Origin: Longimicrobiales bacterium
GTDB taxonomy: Bacteria > Gemmatimonadota > Gemmatimonadetes > Longimicrobiales > Gaopeijiaceae
DNA length: 64,000 nucleotides
Assembly: GCA_963664435.2 (NCBI GenBank)
Contig: CAXXKM010000001.1
Location: forward strand, 1-64,000
Direction: 5' to 3'
Shown here piece by piece: positions 59,445 through 64,000 of this stretch; the first letter of the stretch is position 1, and the number at the start of each line of letters is the position of its first letter. The notes beneath the pieces were generated by a model. That model was not told the origin of the DNA. It ran no database searches and saw only the letters and a list, made by a program, of their open reading frames with translations. A program made the translations under genes and the position numbers.

Positions 59445-60221
59445 TCAGTCCCGTTGCCTGCGCTCGAGGAACCGCCGCACACCCTCTCGACAGGTGTGGG
59501 TGAGTCGGGCGGCGACGTTGATCTGGGCGGCCCGGGCCATGCCGTCTCTGAAACCAAGATTGTCGAGATCGTACAGCAGCGTCTTGGAAAGGGCGACGGA
59601 GGAGGGAGCACGGCGGGCCAACTCCCTGGCATATGCGGTGACCGACGCCTCGAAGTCGTTCGCCGAGACCACGCGGGTCGCGAGGCCCCAGGCGACGGCG
59701 TCGGCTGCGGAGAAGCGTTCGCCGAGGGTGGCCAGCTCGAAGGCGCGCGCTTCCGAGACCTTGCGACGGAGAACAGTCATCACCAAGGCGGGAACGAAGC
59801 CCAGATGCACCTCGGGGTAGCCCAGTTCCGCATCCTCGCGCACCAGGACCACATCGCAGCCGGTTGCCAGGCCACAGCCACCGCCGAGTGCCCGGCCGTG
59901 AACCGCCGCCACCACCGGCTTCGTCAGCTGTCGCATCTGGACAAAGAGATCGCCCATGCGAAGCGCATCGGCATGGCTCTTCTCGGGCCCCATGCTGGTG
60001 ATCCGCTCCATCTCGGCGAGGTCGGCGCCGGCACAGAAATCGGGTCCGGCTCCCCGCAGGAGCACGACGCGCACGGCGGAGTCATGGCGCGCCTCGGCGA
60101 GTGCGGAATGCAACGCCTCGACCATGCGCGAATCGAGGGCGTTGCGCTTGTGCGGGCGGTTGAGCGTCAGCGTCAACACCCGCTCCTCAACCTGATGGAG
60201 AATTCGCTCCTGCGCGCTCAT
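59445..60221 (-). CDS. Enoyl-CoA hydratase, methylglutaconyl-CoA hydratase (LiuC/AtuE)-like
   Basis: NRPHKRNAL, FCAGADL, GGGCGL (first catalytic Glu absent), YPEVHLG; context with carboxyltransferase. Confidence 0.8.
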   Translation of the reverse strand: MSAQERILHQVEERVLTLTLNRPHKRNALDSRMVEALHSALAEARHDSAVRVVLLRGAGPDFCAGADLAEMERITSMGPEKSHADALRMGDLFVQMRQLTKPVVAAVHGRALGGGCGLATGCDVVLVREDAELGYPEVHLGFVPALVMTVLRRKVSEARAFELATLGERFSAADAVAWGLATRVVSANDFEASVTAYARELARRAPSSVALSKTLLYDLDNLGFRDGMARAAQINVAARLTHTCREGVRRFLERRQRD

Positions 60222-60622
60222 CGGTTCGCCTCGTCCGGGTTGATCACGTCGTGGTCCAGATGCGGGGGCACTCTCCCCCGTCCGCGCACGTGCATGGCGA
60301 TCTCGTCGGATACCTCCACGTCCATGCGCAGCAGCGCGGTCGAAAACACCTTGCCCTGGGCGTCCATCATCAGCGACACAGTCCCTCCGCCTCCGAGAGC
60401 CCGGGGCAGCACGAAGTTGAGGGCATGCAGGTTGGGCAGCTCGTAGCGGGTCACCTTCCCCTTCACCATGTCGCCGAAGTGGTCCTGTACGCGCCCGGCG
60501 GTCAGCGCCTCGGCGAGCACCGGGTAGTGCTCGGGTTCGCAGGCGATCACGCCGATGTTTACCACGTCACCCTTGTCTCCCGAGCGCGCGTGCGCGAGTT
60601 CGACGAGTTTTACGGCCGCCAT
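60218..60622 (-). CDS. AtuA-related small protein (C-terminal AtuA domain as a separate gene)
   Basis: LAHARSGDKGD..NIGVI, RYELPNL.ALNF, ALGGGG..SL..DAQGK; GGAGGT SD. Confidence 0.85.
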   Translation of the reverse strand: MAAVKLVELAHARSGDKGDVVNIGVIACEPEHYPVLAEALTAGRVQDHFGDMVKGKVTRYELPNLHALNFVLPRALGGGGTVSLMMDAQGKVFSTALLRMDVEVSDEIAMHVRGRGRVPPHLDHDVINPDEANR

Positions 60623-60767
60623 GGTTCAACACCTCCGCGGGGTTCCGCGCCCGGCTGTTCCGATGCAGCATGCGAGCGCCCGCAGGAAGATTGCAATCCC
60701 GGGCCCGGAATGGAAACGGCCAGCGGTCGTCCGGAGCCCGGGACGCCAGCTTCATGGGAGGGCCCTG

Positions 60768-60845
60768 ATGCCCGCCCGTCGAGCGGCTCCCATGCCTGCC
60801 CGCCGAGCGGTCCCGATGCCTGCCCGCCGAGCGGCGCTCATGCCT
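60768..60845. repeat. 24-bp tandem repeat, about 3.2 copies (ATGCCYGCCCGYCGAGCGG core)
   Basis: Units at 60768, 60792, 60816 and partial 60840, including the AtuA stop. Confidence 0.85.
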
Positions 60846-62229
60846 CACGCGTCTCCACGCGCACGAATGGTTCCACCGCCTCGCGCGGCACCAGGGCCGG
60901 CCAGAAGGCCGCCACTTCGCGCACCCGCGGGCGCCCTTCCCCGAAGCCGGTCACCGAGGGGGGGCCGGTCAGCACCAGCGGGGCGACTTCGCGGCTGAAG
61001 CGCTCCACCGGGGCGCGCTCGCTGCCGCGAACCGCCACCCGCAGCTGCACTTCGGGCAGATCCGGCGGCGGCGGGCCCGCCAGCGCCCCGTGCGTCGAAT
61101 CCCACCCCACCAGGTCGGTGCGCACCTCGTCGAAGTGGAGTCCCAGCCGGTCGAGGCGGGCCCGCAGAACGCGGGCGGCCGCGCGCGCCTTGGCGGCCGC
61201 GTCCGGCCAGGCGTACACGAGCGTGCCGACCGCCCGCCACCCCCCCGAGTACACGATGGACGCCTTGAGCCGGCCGGTGGGCGGCCGGCCGCGCGCGCCC
61301 GTCACCCGCACCCGGTCCTTCCCCGCCCCGCTCAGCCGGACGGTGGTGAAGTCCGCGACCACGTCCGGCGTGGCATAGGCGGCCGGGTCGCCGATCTCGT
61401 AGACGATCTGCTCGGTGACGGTGGCGGGGCTCACGCGCCCCCCCGACCCCTCGTGCTTGGTGACCACGAACTCGCCGGTGGACTCCGCCTCGATGATGGG
61501 AAAGCCGACCCGGTCGAGGTCGGGGATGGTCCACCACTCGGCGAGGCAGTTCCCGCCGGTGGCCTGGGCGCCGCATTCGTTGACGTGGCCCGCCACCACC
61601 CCGGCGGCCAGGCGGTCGTGGTCGTCCGCCGCCCACCCGAACTCGTGCAGCAGGGGCGCCAGCGTGAGCGCCGCGTCCACGCACCGTCCGGTGACCACCA
61701 CGTCGGCGCCCCGCCCCAGCGCCTCCGCGATCGGGAACGCGCCCAGGTAGACGTTGGCTCCCGTCACCCGGTCACGGATGCTCGCCAGAGGCTCGCCGGT
61801 CTCCATGTTGCGCAGCTCATGGCCGCCGGCGAGCAGCTCGTCCAGCCGGGGCATGAGGTCGTCGCCGGTCACCACGCCCAGCCGCACGCGTCCGCGCACC
61901 CCCGCCCGCCGGGCCGCCCGCGCCACCTCGTCGGCACATCCTCCGGGATTCACCCCGCCGGCATTGGCGACCACCCGGATGCCGCGCTCCAGGCAGGCCG
62001 GCAGAATGCGCTCCATCAGCGAGACGAAGTCGCGCGCGTACCCGGCCTCCGGATTGCGGGCGCGCTGCTTGTGCAGGATCGACATGGTCACCTCGGCCAG
62101 GTAGTCCATGACCAGGTAGTCGATCGGTCCCTCCTCGACCTGTCGCACCGGCGCTTCCAGGTCGTCGCCCCAGAAACCGCCCGCGCCCGCGACCCGCACC
62201 GGCCGCGCGCCGCCACCTCCCACCCTCAC
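60838..62229 (-). CDS. Acyclic terpene utilization AtuA family (DUF1446) protein
   Basis: GFWGD, DYLAEVTM, NAGGVNP, ANVYLGA, VVTGRCVD, GHVNECGAQATGGN, EQIVYEIGDP..TPDV; GTGA overlap. Confidence 0.88.
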   Translation of the reverse strand: MRVGGGGARPVRVAGAGGFWGDDLEAPVRQVEEGPIDYLVMDYLAEVTMSILHKQRARNPEAGYARDFVSLMERILPACLERGIRVVANAGGVNPGGCADEVARAARRAGVRGRVRLGVVTGDDLMPRLDELLAGGHELRNMETGEPLASIRDRVTGANVYLGAFPIAEALGRGADVVVTGRCVDAALTLAPLLHEFGWAADDHDRLAAGVVAGHVNECGAQATGGNCLAEWWTIPDLDRVGFPIIEAESTGEFVVTKHEGSGGRVSPATVTEQIVYEIGDPAAYATPDVVADFTTVRLSGAGKDRVRVTGARGRPPTGRLKASIVYSGGWRAVGTLVYAWPDAAAKARAAARVLRARLDRLGLHFDEVRTDLVGWDSTHGALAGPPPPDLPEVQLRVAVRGSERAPVERFSREVAPLVLTGPPSVTGFGEGRPRVREVAAFWPALVPREAVEPFVRVETREA

Positions 62230-63986
62230 GCCACACCCGGCGGCAGGTGGAACGCCCCCAGGTGCGGCCCGGGGTTGTTGAGCGCGGCCCGCAGCAGCAG
62301 CGCCAGAGCCCCGCGCAGCTCCTCGGGCAGCACCACCTCGTCCACGAACCCGCGGGCGCCGGCGAAGCGGGCGTCCAGCTGCCGGTCGTAGTCCTCCCGC
62401 ACCTCGTCCATGCGCGTGCGCAGCTCCTCGTCCGGCACCTCGCCGCGCTCGCGCAGCTCCTGCAGCTGCCGACTGAACAGCGCCATGACCGCGCTCTCGC
62501 CTTCCATCACTCCCATCCTTCCCGTGGGCAGCGACAGGATGAAGTCCGGGTCGAAGCCCTGGCCGGCCATCGCGTAGTAGCCCGCCCCGGAGGCGTGGTT
62601 CAGGGTCAGCACCATCTTGGGCACCGTCGCGCTCGCCATTGCCTCGACGAAGTGCGCGCCCGCGCGGATGATGCCGGAGCGCTCCGCTTTCGGCCCCACC
62701 ATGAAGCCCGATACGTCCTGCACGAAGACGAGTGGCCTGCGGCGGCGATTCATGGTCTCGATGAATCCGGCCACCTTCTCCGCGCTCTTCGTATAGACGA
62801 TGCCCCCGAACCGGGGCGGACCGCCCTCGGCATCGCGCACCATTCCGCGCGCGTTGGCGATGACCGCGACCTGCATCCCGTCGATGGCGCCGGTTCCGCA
62901 CATCATCTCGGGGGCGTACCGGGGCTGATATTCGACCAGCCCCGGCTCGTCCAGGATGCAACGCAGCACTTCCGGCATGTCGTAGGGATGCCGGTGATCG
63001 TCGGGGAGGAGATCGTAGAGGTCCTCCGCGGGCCGCGCCGGACCGGTGCGGGAAGCCGCGCGCGCAGTCCGCGGGGCGCCGGAGCCGTCCGCCCCGACCG
63101 GTGACCTCTCGTCGAAGTCAGCCGTGCGCGATCCATCTCCGGACGCCGCCCCGGGTCCTCCCCCGCGCGGCAGGGCTTCGACCAGCACGCGGATCTTGTC
63201 GATGCAGGCCGGATCGTCCTTCGCGAGGTAATGGGCGACCCCGCTGACCGACGTGTGCATGCGCGCGCCCCCGAGCTCCTCCGCCTCAACCGTCTGCCCG
63301 GTGGCCCCCTTGACCAGGTTGGGACCCCCGAGGCCCATGAAGCTGGTGCCCTCGACCATCACGATCACGTCCGAGAGCGCGGGCAGGTAGGCGCCCCCCG
63401 CGATGCAGGGACCCATGACCGCGGCGATCTGTGGGATGCCCAGGTAGCGGCGCATGAGGGAGTTGTAGTAGAAGATGCGCGCCGCCCCGTACTTTCCGGG
63501 GAAGACGCCTCCCTGGTACGGCAGGTTGACGCCCGCCGAGTCCACGAGATAGACGATGGGGATGCGGCAGCGCATGGCGATCTCCTGCGCCCGCAGGATC
63601 TTGGCGATGGTCTCGGGCCACCAGGCCCCGGCCTTGACGGTCGCATCGTTGGCGACCGCGACCACCTCGCGGCCGTGGACCCGTCCCACGCCGGTCACCA
63701 CCCCGGCGGCGGGCGCCCCGCCGTCGTAGAGGTCGTGCGCCACCAGCAGGCCGATCTCGACGAAGGTCTCGCCGGGGTCGAACAGCGCGGCGACCCGTTC
63801 GCGGGCCGTCCACTTGCCCCGGGCGTGCTCGCGCTCGATGCGCTTCGGCCCTCCACCCCGCCACAGCCGCGCCCGCAGATCCCTGAGCTCCTCGGCAAGC
63901 CGGCGTGCCCGCGGGACGCCCGGGCTTCCGGCGGAGCCGCGCCCGCCTCTCCCGCCGCGAGCCGATCCCGGGCTGCGCGGGCTCAC
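62226..63986 (-). CDS. Acyl-CoA carboxylase carboxyltransferase subunit (LiuB/AtuC-like)
   Basis: GKWTARER, ANDATVKAG, LVDSAG, GPCIAGGAY, GGPNLVK, QDVSGFMVG, GAGYYAM; start uncertain. Confidence 0.9.
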   Translation of the reverse strand: MSPRSPGSARGGRGGRGSAGSPGVPRARRLAEELRDLRARLWRGGGPKRIEREHARGKWTARERVAALFDPGETFVEIGLLVAHDLYDGGAPAAGVVTGVGRVHGREVVAVANDATVKAGAWWPETIAKILRAQEIAMRCRIPIVYLVDSAGVNLPYQGGVFPGKYGAARIFYYNSLMRRYLGIPQIAAVMGPCIAGGAYLPALSDVIVMVEGTSFMGLGGPNLVKGATGQTVEAEELGGARMHTSVSGVAHYLAKDDPACIDKIRVLVEALPRGGGPGAASGDGSRTADFDERSPVGADGSGAPRTARAASRTGPARPAEDLYDLLPDDHRHPYDMPEVLRCILDEPGLVEYQPRYAPEMMCGTGAIDGMQVAVIANARGMVRDAEGGPPRFGGIVYTKSAEKVAGFIETMNRRRRPLVFVQDVSGFMVGPKAERSGIIRAGAHFVEAMASATVPKMVLTLNHASGAGYYAMAGQGFDPDFILSLPTGRMGVMEGESAVMALFSRQLQELRERGEVPDEELRTRMDEVREDYDRQLDARFAGARGFVDEVVLPEELRGALALLLRAALNNPGPHLGAFHLPPGVA

Positions 63987-64000
63987 GTCGAAGCCCGCCC

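Noticed and set aside
60623..60840. TGA readthrough or selenocysteine fusing the two AtuA parts
   Set aside because: The AtuA frame does not match the small gene, and the matching frame has two stops; the small gene has its own SD

Overview
High-GC bacterial chromosome segment from a diderm. Gene content is most consistent with Gemmatimonadota (inference only): TonB receptor with an N-terminal carboxypeptidase-regulatory-like domain, VPS10/BNR hydrolase, beta-propeller lipoproteins, Omp85-type barrel and Mla transporter. About 50 CDS and one tRNA-Leu(CAA) are supported; no CRISPR array, integrase, transposase or prophage is visible. Blocks in order: SDR-ltrA-SDR; TonB receptor divergent from an MltD-like transglycosylase, PAS kinase, NarL-type regulator, orphan membrane protein and OMP; deoC-ALDH16; TlpA-DSD1-ridA; peptidase/propeller/Omp85 fusion; tRNA-Leu-DUF374-mlaEFD; acnA; nfeD-floA-yqfB-like; BNR hydrolase; a beta-oxidation (aromatic-CoA lower pathway-like) operon with symporter and chorismate mutase; rng-rplU-rpmA; acyl-CoA dehydrogenase; recQ; exported hydrolases; and a liu/atu-like cluster with split AtuA. 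Two signals stand out. (1) Two promoters on either side of the two-component system share the same triple GGRWWTYTCC box layout (spacings 25, 23, then 39 bp to TATTGG), suggesting a possibly oxygen-sensing regulon that controls a cell-wall transglycosylase. (2) Several operon junctions are filled by short, often tandem-repeated, sequence forming unbroken chains of ATGA-overlapping mini-ORFs that could relay translational coupling, in one case dependent on repeat copy number. Several starts were moved from the ORF track to the most plausible codon and remain provisional.
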